Shown piece after piece: positions 13,801-28,800 of a DNA stretch of 64,000 nt. The stretch spans positions 7,254,001 to 7,318,000 of the forward strand of contig OZ281501.1 in NCBI GenBank assembly GCA_965637545.1, written 5' to 3'. How positions within the stretch are numbered: position 1 is the first letter of the stretch; the number at the start of each line of letters is the position of its first letter. This DNA is from Phallusia mammillata. Taxonomy: Eukaryota. A program made the translations under genes and the position numbers. The notes under the pieces are model-generated. The model was given only the letters and a program-made list of their open reading frames with translations, was not told where the DNA came from and did no database searches.

Positions 13801-16800
13801 CAGTTGAGTCTACACCAGTTTCCGCAGTCGATCCATATGTGCCACCTGAACCACCTCAAAATGTCAAGGTTTCCAATATCATGAAATCCAGTTGTACCTT
13901 GACTTGGGATCGGCCAGAGTCTGATGGAGGTGCCGAAATCTCTGGGTACATCATAGAGCGACGTGAAAAGAACTCGTCAAGATGGCTTCGCGTCAACCGA
14001 AGACTTGTTTCGGATTGCAGACTTCGAGTAAGCGACTTGAAAGATGGGTCCGAGCAAGAGTTCCGTGTTTACGCTGAAAATCGTGCTGGAACTGGTCAGC
14101 CAAGTATCACAAGTGGATTCTTTGCTATCAGTGATCCTATCTACCCACCAGAACAAGTCGGTATTCCTCGTGTTATCGACAGCACCAGGTCCTCAATTAC
14201 ACTGAAGTGGACAAGACCGATGTACGATGGAGGCGCCGACATTAGCGGCTACTCAGTTGAATTCGCCGAAGTTTCGGAGAAATCTGACGACGAGGACGAA
14301 AGCCAGCTTGCCGAGCTTACATGGGTAAAGGCGGTTGATAAATCAAATCTCCGCACAACCAGCTACACCACCACTGGCCTGTCAGCGGAAAAACACTACC
14401 GATTCCGCGTATGTGCCCACAATAGCTGTGGTGTATCTGAGCCTTCCTTTGTTCCGGCTAAGGTTACTCCGCTTGAGCGACAAGAACCTCCCACATTTGG
14501 TCCAGACGCTGAGTTGAGAAGAACTCTCACAGTCCGTGCGGGAGGCTCTGTCCGTCTTGCTGTTCCAATTGCAGGTCGACCGGCACCAAGTGTCGCTTGG
14601 TCAAGACCGAATAATGGACTCAAGGAACGCGCAATCATTGACACAAGTGATTCCATGACCACTTTGATCTTGGAGGACGTAACCCGAGACGACACCGCAA
14701 AATATACCCTGACTTTGGAGAACCAGAGCGGTTCAGTTAATGCCTCGGTGATGGTAAAGGTCCTTGACAGTCCTGGAGCTCCAGGTGACTTTGCAGTCAC
14801 TGCAATGTCGAAGAACACTGTATCGGTCGCATGGAAAGCACCCGAAAACGACGGTGGAAGCAATGTGACAAACTACATTCTTGAAAGACGTGAGGCAAGC
14901 AAGAAGTCCTGGTCGACGGTTGAGACCGCCTGCACCAGAAATTCGTACAAGTTTTCCAAGCTTAATGAAGGATTCTTGTACTACTTCCGCGTCATGGCTG
15001 AGAACGAATACGGCGTCGGAGCTCCAACTCAAACTGACAAGCCACTGCGAGCATCAGAAGAGCCAGGAGCACCAAGATCTATCCACTGCAGTGACATCAC
15101 TAACGAGAGCGTGACTTTGCAGTGGACCAAACCTGATTACGATGGTGGTAGCGAGATTTTGGACTATACCATTGAACAGCAATTGAAGGGATTTGATCAA
15201 TGGAGCAAAGTGAAGACGGTTAAAGCTTCCGTACATTCTTTCACCATTAAATCGCTCAATGAAAATCAGCTCTATACCTTCCGCATATCCGCAAGAAATG
15301 ATTCTGGTATTGGTCAACCTACTGAACTTCCAGGACATGTGCTGGTTGTTACCCAAACTGCTCCACCTGATGCGGACCTCGCTGGACTCAGTCAAAAGGT
15401 TGTCGAAGGCAAGGCTGGTACACATATCCAGGCTTCAATTGTGATCAAGGGCAAACCATTCCCAAGCACCGAATGGAAATACGCTGGCGAAGAGCTAAAG
15501 ATGACAAGCAGGATCAACTACCAAACTGAAGGAAACGTTGCAACGCTGTCGATCAAAGATGCCGAGCTTAAAGACGCAGGTCTGTACGAACTCGTTCTTG
15601 AAAACAGCGTTGGTAGCAAGACTGTGCCTGTTTCTGTCCGGGTATTGGACAAGCCTGGACCTCCAAAGGGACCTGTTGTCTTCTCCAACGTCACTTCTGA
15701 TTCCATGGTGATTTCTTGGAGTCAACCAGAAGCCGACGGTGGAGCTGCAGTCAACAACTACGTTGTCGACATGAGAGAAACATCCGGCGATGCTACTGAA
15801 TGGCGAATGATTTCAGGATCGACCGCTCGTACCACCCTAAAAGTAACCAGGTTGTCAACTGGCATGGATTACGCGTTTAGGATCCGAGCTGAGAATAGAT
15901 TTGGAGTCGGAAAGACTTTGGAATCACAAGCTGTAACTGCCCAGTTTCCATTTAAGGTCCCAGGACCTCCAGGTGCACCAGAAGTGGTTGCAACATCACG
16001 CGAAACTATGTCCATTAAGTGGACGGCGCCGACAAACGACGGCGGTTCAAAGATTCTTGGATACCACGTTGAAAAGAAAGACAGAAACTCGATACTATGG
16101 ACCAAGTGCAGCAAGACCTTGTTGTCTAGTACTGAATACAAGGTAACCAACTTGCACGAAGGTCTCGAGTACGAATTCAGGGTGTACGCCGAGAACGCTG
16201 CCGGTCTTGGAAAAGTGAGCAAGGCATCTGAACACGCAGTCGCACGTGATGCAGTAGACCCGCCCAGGGAGGTTGAGGTTGTCGGTGTTACCCGCTCTTC
16301 TGTTCACATCCAATGGAAGAAACCTGAGTACGACGGTGGAGCAAGAATCACTGGATACATCATCGAGAGACTTGAGCTGCCGCATGGTCGCTGGCTAAAA
16401 TGCAACTTCTGTAACGTTTCCGCAACCAACTTTAATGTGGAAGGACTAACTGAAGGCTTGAGCTATGAGTTCCGAGTATTCGCCAAAAACGCTGCGGGTG
16501 CCATCAGTGCCGCTGCTGACATCATATCACCAGTCCTAGTGAAGGATGAGATGTTGCCGCCGACCATTGACATGGACTCACGTTACTGCGAGGCAGTGGT
16601 TTTGAGAGCCGGCAAAACGGTGAAACTGGAAGCTGGCATCAGAGGCAAGCCAACACCTACCATGGTCTGGAAGAAAGATAACGAGGAGCTTAAGTCTTCA
16701 TCACACATGGCTATCAAAAACACTGACGTTTCATCTTGCCTTGAAATTGTGGACGCAAGCAGGGACGACACAGCAACTTACACGCTTACAGTGCAGAACT

Positions 16801-19800
16801 TCGCTGGATCGCGGTCACTTGCTATTCAAGTCAAGGTTCTTGATAAGCCTGGGGCACCAACAGGACCTTTGAAGGTGTCAGGTATTACTGCCGACAAGTG
16901 CACACTGCATTGGGAGTCGCCAAAACGCGACGGTGGAGCACCAGTTACCAACTACGTTGTTGAAAAACGCGAGACCAGCCATCTTGCCTGGGTGCTTGTG
17001 AACCCAAGTGTGGAAGGCACGACTTGCAAGGTCAGCAAATTGCTGGCAGACAACGAATACGTGTTCCGCGTCCGTGCAGAAAACAAGTATGGAGTCGGTG
17101 ACATCCTTGAATCAGAAGAGATCACCGCACGAAATCCATTCAAAGCTCCAAATGCCCCGGCCACGATTGAGATCACATCAGTCACGAAAAACACTGTAAT
17201 GTTAACTTGGTCGCGCCCGAAATCTGATGGAGGTTCAGAAATATCAGGATACATCATTGAGAAGAAGCAACGCACTGGAATGCGATGGATCCGTGCAAAC
17301 CGACAAACCGTAATGGACCTGAGATATAAGGTCTGCGATCTGAACGAAAACCAAGAGTACGAGTTCCGCGTTTGTGCTGAAAACTCCGCTGGAAATAGCC
17401 CTTGGAGCGATGTCACTCCATTTGTGCTTATCGAAGATCCAAAATATTCTCCTGAAGCTCCGCTATCGTTCCGAGTTGATGACACCACAAAGTCATCGGT
17501 TAGTCTTTCGTGGATGCCACCCACTTTTGACGGAGGAAGCGACGTAATGGGTTACGTCATCGAGATGAGCAAAATGAAGAAGCGCAGGACTGTTTCCCAA
17601 TCTTCGACTTCAACTATTGCCACCACCATAACTATGACAACCGTTGATGGCGTAGAAGAGCAGTCTGTTCTTGATGAGGAGCAAAGAGACATAAGACGCG
17701 AGTGGGTAAAGGTTTCAGGAAAGAACCTTATTCGGGATACAGACTATCTTGTCACCGGCCTCCGCGATAGCGCAGAGTACTTGTTCCGTGTCGCTGCTGT
17801 CAGCAAGGTCGGCACAGGAACTTGGTCTATGTTGAGAATGCCAGTGATCTGTGTTGATCGTTTGGAAATGCCAGAGCTCATCATTGACGAAACTGTGCAC
17901 CGCAACGTCACCATCAAGGCAGGCGCGATGTTGCGACTTAACCTCGGGTTCCGTGGCAGACCAACACCAACAATTATTTGGTCAAAGGCCGACATGCTTG
18001 CCGATGCTCTTAAACAACGAGTCAACATTGACACAACGCCATACAACACCTCGCTTGTGATCAATGAGGCTGATCGTTACGACGCTGGCAAGTACATGGT
18101 GACGGTTGAGAACTGCGAGGGCTCAAAGGACTTTTCCTACAACGTGAAAGTTATGGATACACCAGGACCTGTGTTGGATCTTGTCGTCAGTGATGTTACT
18201 CGTGATTCAGCGACACTCAAATGGACCACGCCTGAAAACGAAGGCAGCGCTGTTATCACAAACTATGTGGTTCAAAAACGCGAGGCATCCAGAAAAGCCT
18301 GGACTACTGTTTCGAGCGAGTGCACACGCACCTCGATGAAGATCACTCCTTTGAATGAAGGAGACTCGTACATGTTCCGTGTAATGGCGGAAAATGCCAA
18401 CGGTTTGGGTGTACCATGCGAATCTCAAGAATCTGTGAAGATCTCAATGAAACCTTCTTGTCCTGGAAAGGTACAAGTCGTTGATGTGACCCAGTCAACT
18501 GTCAGTTTGGCCTGGGGTAAACCAGAACACAACGGTGGAAGCGAGATTACAGGTTACGTGATTGAGATGGTTTTGAACGGATTCGAAAACTGGCAGCAAT
18601 GTTCCACAGTTAACGCAATGTCAGCCACTGTAAAAGGCCTAGAGGAAGGTCGTCAATACATGTTCCGCGTCAAAGCAAAGAACGACAAAGGCCTGAGCGA
18701 AGCTTCAACACTTGGAGCTCCAGTGACTGCTATGGAAATTGTCGAAGCTCCTGAATTGTCCTTACGTGACTTACCTGTTGGTGGTATTCACGGTAAAGCC
18801 GGTACAACCATCAAGTTTACAGTTCCGATCAGCGGCAAGCCAAAGCCTGAGGTTACCTGGAAGAAGGATGGCGAAACTCTGAAACAGACAACTCGTGTAT
18901 CAACCGTAAACTCAGCACTGGACACAACCATCACCATGAAAACTTGCAAGCTTGAAGATTCCGGTCGTTATGAAATCATTGCAACCAACGCATCGGGAAC
19001 AAAAACTGGAACTGTCGTTGTCAACGTTCTTGACAAGCCAGGAAAGGTTGGAGACTTATTGGCTGACGCAGTAACTGAGAACTCAGTCAGCCTAGTGTGG
19101 CAACCACCTTCTGAGGATGGGGGATGTCAGATCAGCAACTACGTTGTACAAATGCGCGACGTGGAGTCTGAAACGTGGGTTGAATGTGCAGCTACTGCTG
19201 TGAGACCGAGAATAAAAGTTACAAAGCTGGTATTGGGCAAGGAATATCAATTCCGGGTTGCCGCTGAAAACCGCTTCGGTTGTGGAGGTTTCGTTACATC
19301 CGAGAAGGTCACAGTCAAGTTTCCGTTTAACAAACCTGGCCCTCCTGGAATTCCGAAGGTCAGCGTCGTTGGTTCAGATCATGTAGTTTTGCATTGGCAC
19401 GAACCCGTCCATGATGGAGGTAGTCCTGTTATCGCTTATCACGTGGAAATGAAGGATAGAAACAGCATTCTCTGGCGCAAGGTCAATCGATCTGACATTC
19501 ACGATTGTGCATTTAAGGTTACTGGATTACAACCAGGCCTTACTTATGAATTCCGGGCTTACGCCGAAAATGCTGCTGGATGCGGAAAGCCAAGCCAAGC
19601 ATGCGACCCAATCGTGGCACGTGATCAGATTTCACCTCCCTGTATGGTCGATCCAGTCGGGGTTACACGTACATCAGTGGATTTGGTATGGCGCAAGCCA
19701 GAAAACGATGGCGGCGCTAAAATCACTGGCTACGTGGTTGAGCGACGTGACGTGCCCAACGGCAGATGGATGAAATGCAACTTCAGCAATTTGGACGAGT

Positions 19801-22800
19801 GTAGATACACGGTCACAAGCCTTGTTGAAGACACAACATACGAGTTCCAGGTCATCGCCAAAAATGCCGCGGGATCTGTGTCCCAGCCGAGTGAGCCAAG
19901 TGAGCGTGTAACCTGCAAAGACGCGTTCACACCTCCACGATTGGACTTAGATCCAAAGTTGCGAGATACCATCATTGTAAAGGCTGGCGAGTCAACCACG
20001 ATCTCAGCTGCTATCTTCGGAAAACCACAACCAACGGTCACATGGTCTCGCAATGGCAGAGAACTAGAACATTCACCAAAGACTGACATAGCATTGAACG
20101 AACATTCGACCGCTCTTACTCTCAAGGATGCGAATCGAGATGACAGCGGAGAATACGTTCTACACTTGAAGAACAGTGCAGGTTCAAGGTCAATCTCTGT
20201 AAACGTAAAGGTTCTTGACCGTCCAGGCCAACCCATCGGCCCGCTTGGGGTTACTGAAGTTACGTCCGAGAGATGTCGCTTGACCTGGAGACCGCCAACG
20301 AACAACGGCAGCGCACCAATCACGAACTACGTTGTTGAGAAGCGTGAAACATCTCGACTTACATGGACTCTTGTGGCAGCGGATGTTGAAGGAGTAACCA
20401 TCAAGGTCAACCGCCTTCTTAAAGGCAATGAGTACTTGTTCCGCGTTATGGCTGTGAACAAATACGGTGTTGGCGTGCCTTTGGAGTCGGTGCCAGTAGT
20501 GGCTAAAGATCCATTCAGCTGCCCCGGAGCTCCAGGTCAGCCGCAGATCTCTACAGTTATGCGCAACTCAGTTGTCGTAACATGGACAAGACCTACATCA
20601 GATGGAGGAAGTGAAATTACCGGATACCACATCGAACGTAAAGAAAGAAATTCACTTCGCTGGACCCGCGCTGTTCGCCGAGCTGTCAGCAGCTTGCACC
20701 ACAAGGTCACTGGTCTCAACGAGGGCTACGAATACGAATTTCGTGTTTCGGCTGAGAACGCTGCTGGCATCGGACCCTTGTCCGATATTAGTGCACCAGT
20801 GCTTTGCAAAGAGCCAGTATACCCGCCTGGACCAGTTGGAATTCCCAAAGTGGTTGACACAACACGCAGAAGCATCTCATTGGCCTGGACTCCGCCTTCA
20901 TTTGATGGTGGCGCTGACGTCAGCGGTTATCAGATTGATGTGTGCCCGAAAGAAGCTGAGGTAGAAGACTGGGTAAAGTGTACTCCACCGACAGGTGTCA
21001 AATCCACTGAGTACACTGTCACCGATCTGCAAGCCAATAAGGAATACAAGTTTAGAGTTGCCGCCATAAACGTGGTTGGTTGTGGCGAGGCTGTCCAGCT
21101 GCCAGTTGCAGTTGAGACTAGCGATAGACTTGAAGCACCTGAGATTTCACCCGACGGCGATTTGAGAAAGAATCTCACCGTTAAGGCTGGAAACTCCATT
21201 CGTCTTCATGTTCCAATTCGTGGGCGTCCGGTACCGACAGTTCGCTGGAGCAAGGAAGGATCGGCCAATATTGCTGAACGTGTTCAGATTGATTCATCAG
21301 AAGCTGGTACCACTTTGCTTGTACAAGAATGCAACCGAGAGGACTCTGGCAAATATACCTTGACCCTTGACAACAGCTCCGGTTCGGTATCGGCAAGTTG
21401 CTCAGTTAAGGTACTTGACACACCAGGACCTTGCCAGAATCTTGGCGTCAAGGACGTCAGCAAAGATTACGCTACGGTCACATGGAATCCACCAACCAAT
21501 GATGGCGGTTCTCACGTGACCAACTACATCGTCGAGAAGAAAGAACGGGGCCGCAAAGCCTGGTCTACCATTACCACTGGCTGCCAGCGTACCCATTTAA
21601 AAACAAACCTTGCCGAGGGACAAAGCTACCTGTTCCGCGTTATTGCAGAAAACGAGAATGGCATCGGTGAACCTGCTGAAACTACCAAGCCCGTGAAAGC
21701 AACAGAAGTACCTGGATTGCCCGAGGCACTCGAAGTGGTCGATGTTACACGATCATCTGTTGCACTCAAGTGGGCTAAACCAGAAGAAGATGGCGGATCA
21801 AAGATTCTTGGTTACACCGTCGAATCGCTCGAAAAGGACCAGAACAAATGGGTTAAGCGCGCCACTGTAAAAGAACCACTGGCTACTATCAACAACCTCA
21901 AAGAGGGACAGGAATACGCCTTCCGTGTTGTGGCTCTTAACGAAGCTGGTGCTTCTGATCCTCGCGAATGCGTTTCACTCGTGATGGTACGCGACACCTT
22001 TGTATCTCCGTCACTGGATCTTACTCAGCTTCCTCACGGCGTTGCTCACGTAAAGGTCGGCGATAATCTTGACATTAGAGTGCCTTACAGTGGCAAGCCT
22101 GTACCACATATCAAATGGATGAAGGACGGCGCAAAAGTAAAGATCACCAAACGCATGGATGTCGAGAGCGACAATGTTGGAATGGCATGCCTTAAAATAC
22201 AGGCTGTTACACCTGAAGACGCCGGAGAGTTTGAGCTGGTCGCTGAAAACCAAGGAGGAAAGCGGTGTGCCAAGATCAAAGTTGTTGCACTTGATAAACC
22301 AGGAGCAGTGGAAGACTTACAGACTGCCGATGTCACTGAATCATCTGTAGTTCTCTCTTGGAAACAACCTATTTCAGACGGAGGCTCTTCTATCAGTTGC
22401 TATGTTGTGGATATGCGCACTGCCGAAGAGGCTGAGTGGCGTGTGGTGTCATCAGCCATCGTACGTACCACGTTTAAATGCACCAAACTCACGCTTGGCA
22501 AAGAGTATACCTTCCGAGTTCGTACAATGAATCGATTCGGACTGGGACCAGCGATGTTTACAGATCCAGTTCTTATACAGTTACCATACAAAGTTCCTGG
22601 ACCACCAGGCACTTGTACAGTTAGCTATGCATCCAAGGAAGCCATGGTGGTCAACTGGCAAGAACCGGTCCAAGACGGCGGCAGCGTTGTCGTAGGTTAT
22701 CACTTGGAGGTTAAGGATCGCAACAGCATTCTGTGGAAGAAGGCAAACCGTGCAATCATAAGAAGCACACACTTCCGCGTGATTGGCCTTCAAGAAGGAC

Positions 22801-25800
22801 TTGAATACGAGTACAGAGTGTCAGCTGAAAATGCAGCAGGCATTGGCAAACCAAGTCGCCCATCACAAGGAGCTTTCGCCCGCGACCCAGTGGATATTCC
22901 ACGTGAGGTTGAGGTAGCAGATATCACTCGCTCGACATGCTTGGTGCGCTGGAAGAAGCCTGAGTACGATGGAGGACAGAAAATTGTTGGATACATGGTG
23001 GAACGACGCGATCTGCCAGCAGGGCGTTGGACTCGGGCTAGCTTTAACATCATTCCAGACAACGAGTTTTTGGTAACTGGTCTGAACGGTGGGGCAGACT
23101 ACGAGTTCCGTGTTTTGGCCAAGAACGCAGCAGGAATCTTTAGCGAGGCATCTGCCAGCACAGGGGCTGTGAAATGCGAGGATGACTTCCGTCCTCCAAG
23201 GATTGCCCTGGATGCACATCTCCTTGATGAAGTCAAGGTCTCTGCTGGATCCACCATCCGTCTTCACGTTGGAATCTCTGGCAAGCCGGATCCGATTGTC
23301 GTTTGGTCTCTAAATGGCCAAGATATCCGAGAGGATTTCAGACGCGTATTCGACAACACATTCGACCACAGCAGCATCATTATCAAAGACTGTGCCCGAA
23401 ACGATTCTGGCAATTACACTGTAATGGCAAAGAACGCTTGTGGTGAGAAATCAGCTCAGATCAAGGTTATGGTACTGGACAAGCCTGGACCACCAACGGG
23501 ACCAATCCACTTCTCAAGGATCACAGATGCTCGCATAACTTGTTCTTGGGAAGCACCGCAACAAGATGGCGGCGCCAAGATTACGCATTACGTCCTGTCC
23601 AAGCGTGAAACATCCCGCCTAGCTTGGTCGATTGTAACCGAAGCCGAGGAGCTGTCAACTCACACAGTACAGAGACTTATCAAGGGCAATGAATACCAAT
23701 TCCGCGTACAAGCTGTAAACAAGTTTGGAGTGGGTGACCCTCTTGATTCGGAACCAGTCGTTGCCAAGAACAGCTTTGTTGAACCTAGCGCACCTGGTGT
23801 ACCAGATGTAAGCAACGTCTGTCGCGACAGTTGTACAGTGATGTGGAAGCGACCTGAAAGCGATGGTGGAGCCGATATTGACCAATACGTGCTGGAGAGG
23901 CGAGAACGCAAGAGCTCCCGATGGATCAAGTGCAGCAAGAAGCCAATTCGCGACTTGCGCTTGAAGGTCACCAACCTTACCGAAGGAAACGAGTATGAAT
24001 TCAGAGTTGCTGCAGAAAACGCTGCCGGCATTGGAGCTTACAGCCCTCTATCTCTTCCAACCATAATGCGCGATCCAATTGACGTTCCAGGACCGCCCAG
24101 CAGTCCAAAGGTTCGTGATACAACGAAATCGTCGATTCTTCTTGCTTGGACCCGACCACCATATGACGGCGGAAGCCCTGTGATTGGGTACTTGCTTGAG
24201 ATGAAAATCGGCGAGAAAGAACAAATTGAAGAACAGGAAGACGAGGCTGCATCCGTTGCCGCCGATGAGAAAGGTTGGACAGTTGTGCAGCCAAATATCT
24301 TGCACACAAAATACGAGGTAGAAAAACTCAACAACGACACCGCTTATCGTTTCCGGGTTTCTGCAATCAACAAGGGAGGAGTTGGCGAGCCGGCTGAGAT
24401 CTCAGAAGCAGTTAAACCAATTGACAAGCTTGAATCGCCCGATTACGACCTTGAGCCTTTGTTGCGTAAAACTCTTGTCGTCAAAGCTGGAACTACTATT
24501 AACGTCAGTATACCAGTGAAAGGAAGACCGACGCCGAGCGTGAAGTGGACCAAGGACAACACGAACATTACTACGAATCCACGCGTACATGTCGATAACG
24601 TCGATGGAAAGACCATTGTCGTGATTCAAGACTGCAACCGGGATGATACTGGAAAATATGCATTGTCACTTGAGAATGCAAGCGGCGTTGCTAATACCTT
24701 TATCAGTGTTCGGGTCCTTGATACTCCAGGGGCACCATTTGCGATCAAAATCAAAAAGGTGACGCAACAGTATGCGATTATTACTTGGGATGCTCCAGTC
24801 GTTGATGGTGGATCTGACGTTTTCAACTATTGCGTTGATAAACGTGAGACTACCCACCGCGCATGGTCGTCAGTGACTCGCCAATGCACCAAGCTGTCTT
24901 ACAAGATCGAAGGTCTGAACAAGGGAAGTAGTTATTTCTTCCGCGTGATGGCTGAAAACGAAAGGGGAGTTGGTGTTCCTGTTGAATCCGAAGCTGTTGT
25001 TGCAACCGAAGTGCCAGCACCAATCAATGATTTACGCATTGAAGACATGACAAATAGTTCGATCTCATTGGCTTGGGGAAAACCAGACGCTGATGGCGGA
25101 ACACCAATCACAGCTTACCACATCGGTTACTTGATTAAGGGTGCCGAGGAATGGCAAACCATGAAGACCAGACACACCAAAGCCACTGTTGATGATTTGA
25201 AGAAGGACAGCAAGTACGAGTTACGGGTTGCAGCTGAAAATGAAGCTGGCCTTGGTGAATGGAGCGCCGTTGGTCCAGTAGCTGTACGTGAGCAGTTAAT
25301 TCCACCTGAAGCAGATTTCAGTTCGATTCCAGGACGTACCATTAACATGCGCGAGGGCGGCAACCTAAGACTTGACATTCCGTTTTATGGCAAACCGATC
25401 CCATCCGTGAAATGGAGCAAAGAGCGTATTCCATTGAAGCAGAGTGATCACGTTGCTTATGAGCGATCCAAGGACGTCGCAATGTTGGTGATGAAGAATG
25501 TAAAGAAGACTGACGCTGGTCAATACTTCTTGCATCTTGAAAGCGCCGGCGGTCGCAAGGATAATTCCTTTACTCTCAACGTCTACGGAAATCCTGGTCC
25601 AATTAAGGGCCTGATTGAGTTCCCAGAGATCAGCGCTGAGAGTATTGTTCTTAAATGGTGTCCTCCAGAAGACAACGGAGGCTCAGAGATCACAAACTAC
25701 ATCATCGAGAAGAGGGAAACATCCAGCGATGTTTGGTCTTCTGTCAACGCCAACTGCAGCAGGACCACAGTCAAGGCCACAAAACTGCATCCAAATACAG

Positions 25801-28800
25801 AGTACGTATTCCGCGTTGCCGCTGAGAACAAGTACGGCATGGGAGAGTTCTCTGAATCAATGGATGTTGTCGCCAAGTATCCATTCCGCGTTCCAACTGC
25901 TCCAGGACAGCCAGAAGTTGTTGAGATGACTGCAGACTCCATGAACATCATGTGGAAGGAATGCCACTCTGATGGCGGCTCTGAAATTCTTGGTTATCAC
26001 ATTGAACGCAAGGAGCGCAATGCTATCCTTTGGACCAAGCTTAACCAATCAGCTATTAAGAACCGAGAATACAAAGCGAACGGGCTTACTGAAGGCTTGG
26101 AGTACCAATTCCGCGTTTATGCTGAGAATCAAGCTGGTATAAGCGGCCCAAGTGACGCAAGCAAACCAGAACGTGCCCACAATGTGGTTAGCCCACCATC
26201 ATGCCCTGATTGGACCGACATCACACGTGACACTGTGACGTTGATCTGGCAGCCACCGAAGTCTGACGGCGGAAGCAAAATCATCGGTTACAACATTGAG
26301 AAGCGGTCGGGTGAAGACGGTCGATGGTTGAAGTGCAACTACACAAATGTTCAGGAGTGCGAGTTCACAGCAACGGCGTTAAACATGGGCGAAAAATACC
26401 AGTTCCGCGTATTTGCGCGTAACGCCACCGGTACAGTCAGCAAACCGTCGATACCAAGCGCCGAGATCGTTTGCAGAGATGACTTCCAGCCGCCAAACAT
26501 TCAACTTGAAGCTGATCTTTATGATGGAGTCAACATACGCGCTGGCGCTACACTGAGGCTAAAGGCCATGGTAACGGGCAAACCAGCACCACGCATTACA
26601 TGGACTCTCAACGACAAGGAGGTTGTTGCCAATGCACAGGTTGACATTAACAACCAGAAAAACACCAGTCAAGTTACAGTTAAGGATACGACCAGGCTAA
26701 ACAGCGGAACATACGTGATTTCAGCGAGAAATCCATGCGCTACCAAGACCATGGACATCAAAGTAGTGGTTTTTGACAAACCGGGACCACCCGAAGGACC
26801 AATCAAATTTACATCACTGACACAAGATAAGGTTACTCTTTGGTGGGGAAGCCCGAAGGAAACCGGAGGCGCTTTGATTGACAACTACGTTATCGAGAAG
26901 CGCGAGACCACAAGACTAAACTGGTCATTGGTTACTGCAAGCTGTGGCTCCAACAATTTGACTGTCAACCGGTTGATCAAAAACCACGAGTACCAGTTCC
27001 GCGTTTCTGCGCAGAACAAGTACGGAGTAGGTGCCCCATTGCTGTCAGATGCCGTTGTTGCCAAGGTCTCATACACCGTACCTTCACCGCCTGGACAACC
27101 TCAATACTCGAGCTCAAGTGTTGATTCCATTACAGTCGCTTTCACAAGACCAGTTAGCGATGGCGGTAACGAGATTATCGGATACAACGTTGAACGACGG
27201 GAAAAGAAGAGCATGCGTTGGGTGCGCGTCAACAAGAGGCCTGTCACCGAACTTCGATGCAAAGCTACAGGACTTACTGAAGGCGGGGAATACGAATTCC
27301 GCGTTATGGCTGAAAATGCAGCTGGCTTAAGCAAGCCAAGTGAAACATCTTCTTTGATCGTATGCCGTGAACCGATTAGCCCACCAGCAGCTCCAGGCAT
27401 CGCTCGAATCACTGACACTACACGCAGTACAGTGGCTTTGACGTGGACGCCACCAAATTACGACGGGGGCAGTCATGTTACCGGGTATGTTGTTGAGGCA
27501 AAGAAGTACATTGCTGACGAGGAGCAGACTGATGGTAATGAGTGGATCAGAATGAACCCCGAAACAATCAGATCATGCGAATACGTGTTACCTAACCTAG
27601 AACCAGGCGCCGAGTACAACCTTCGTGTTCGGGCAATGAACGCTGGAGGACTTGGAGACCCAACAACAGTTTCGGGCAAGGTTATGGCTACGGACAAGCT
27701 TGAGGCTCCTGATTTCCAGATCGATGCTGATTTCAAGTCTCACTACGTCGTCCGAGCTGGAGCCGCTCTCCGGTTGTTTGTTCTTTACCACGGAAGACCT
27801 ACTCCTAATGTGAGTTGGTCTAAACCTGATGTGGAACTTCAAGACCGCGCTGAGATACAGACGACCGGATACAGTACTTTGTTGTTGATCAACTCCACAA
27901 CCAGAGATGATTCAGGCAAATATACACTTACCCTGGAGAACAGCACTGGCGAAAAGAAACTGCACATGACTGTAAAGGTATTGGATACACCTGGAGAGGT
28001 TGGGGCCATTAAATGCAAGGAAGTCACACGCAACAGCGTTACACTTGCTTGGGACTCACCTCTTATTGACGGCGGAGCGATGGTCAAGAACTACATCGTA
28101 GAAAAGAGAGAAGTGTCACGACGCAGCTGGCAGACCGTGGCCACTAAGTGTTCACGAACATCGTTCAAGGTTACCAAGCTGCAGGAAGGCACGACTTACC
28201 TGTTCAGGATTCTACCGGAAAATGAATACGGAGTCGGAGAGCCGCGTGAGACCGAAACACCGATCACCGTCACAGAAGTGCCAGGAATCCCAGAGCGTGT
28301 TGATATTGCTGAGGTTAGTATTCAATGCCCTTAACTTAAATCAAAATAGATTTAAGCTGAGTGTTTCGCTATGATATAAAACATATTGCTTTTTATCACA
28401 GGTTACAAAAAACACCGTTTCATTGTCCTGGCGTAAACCAGAGTACGATGGTGGAAGCAGGATCAATTCCTACATCATCGAGCTTTCGGAGAAGGGATCC
28501 AACAAGTTTTCGGAATGCGGAAGGGTTAAGGGAACTGTTTTCCGCCACACAGTCACCAACTTGCACGAGGGTGCTGAGTACGAATTCCGCGTGGGGGCAA
28601 GGAACGAAGCTGGAATTGGTGAAGCAAGAGATGCTTTCTCTTCTGTGATCACGAAGGACGAACAAGGTAAATATCTGCACTGCGCACAACTGAACGATGT
28701 AAATTTCTTCCGTTACATAGCAATAACACCTATATTTTGTCTTAGTGCTTCCTGAAGCTGACTTGAAAGGAATCTACCACAGGACAGTGACCGTAAAAGC

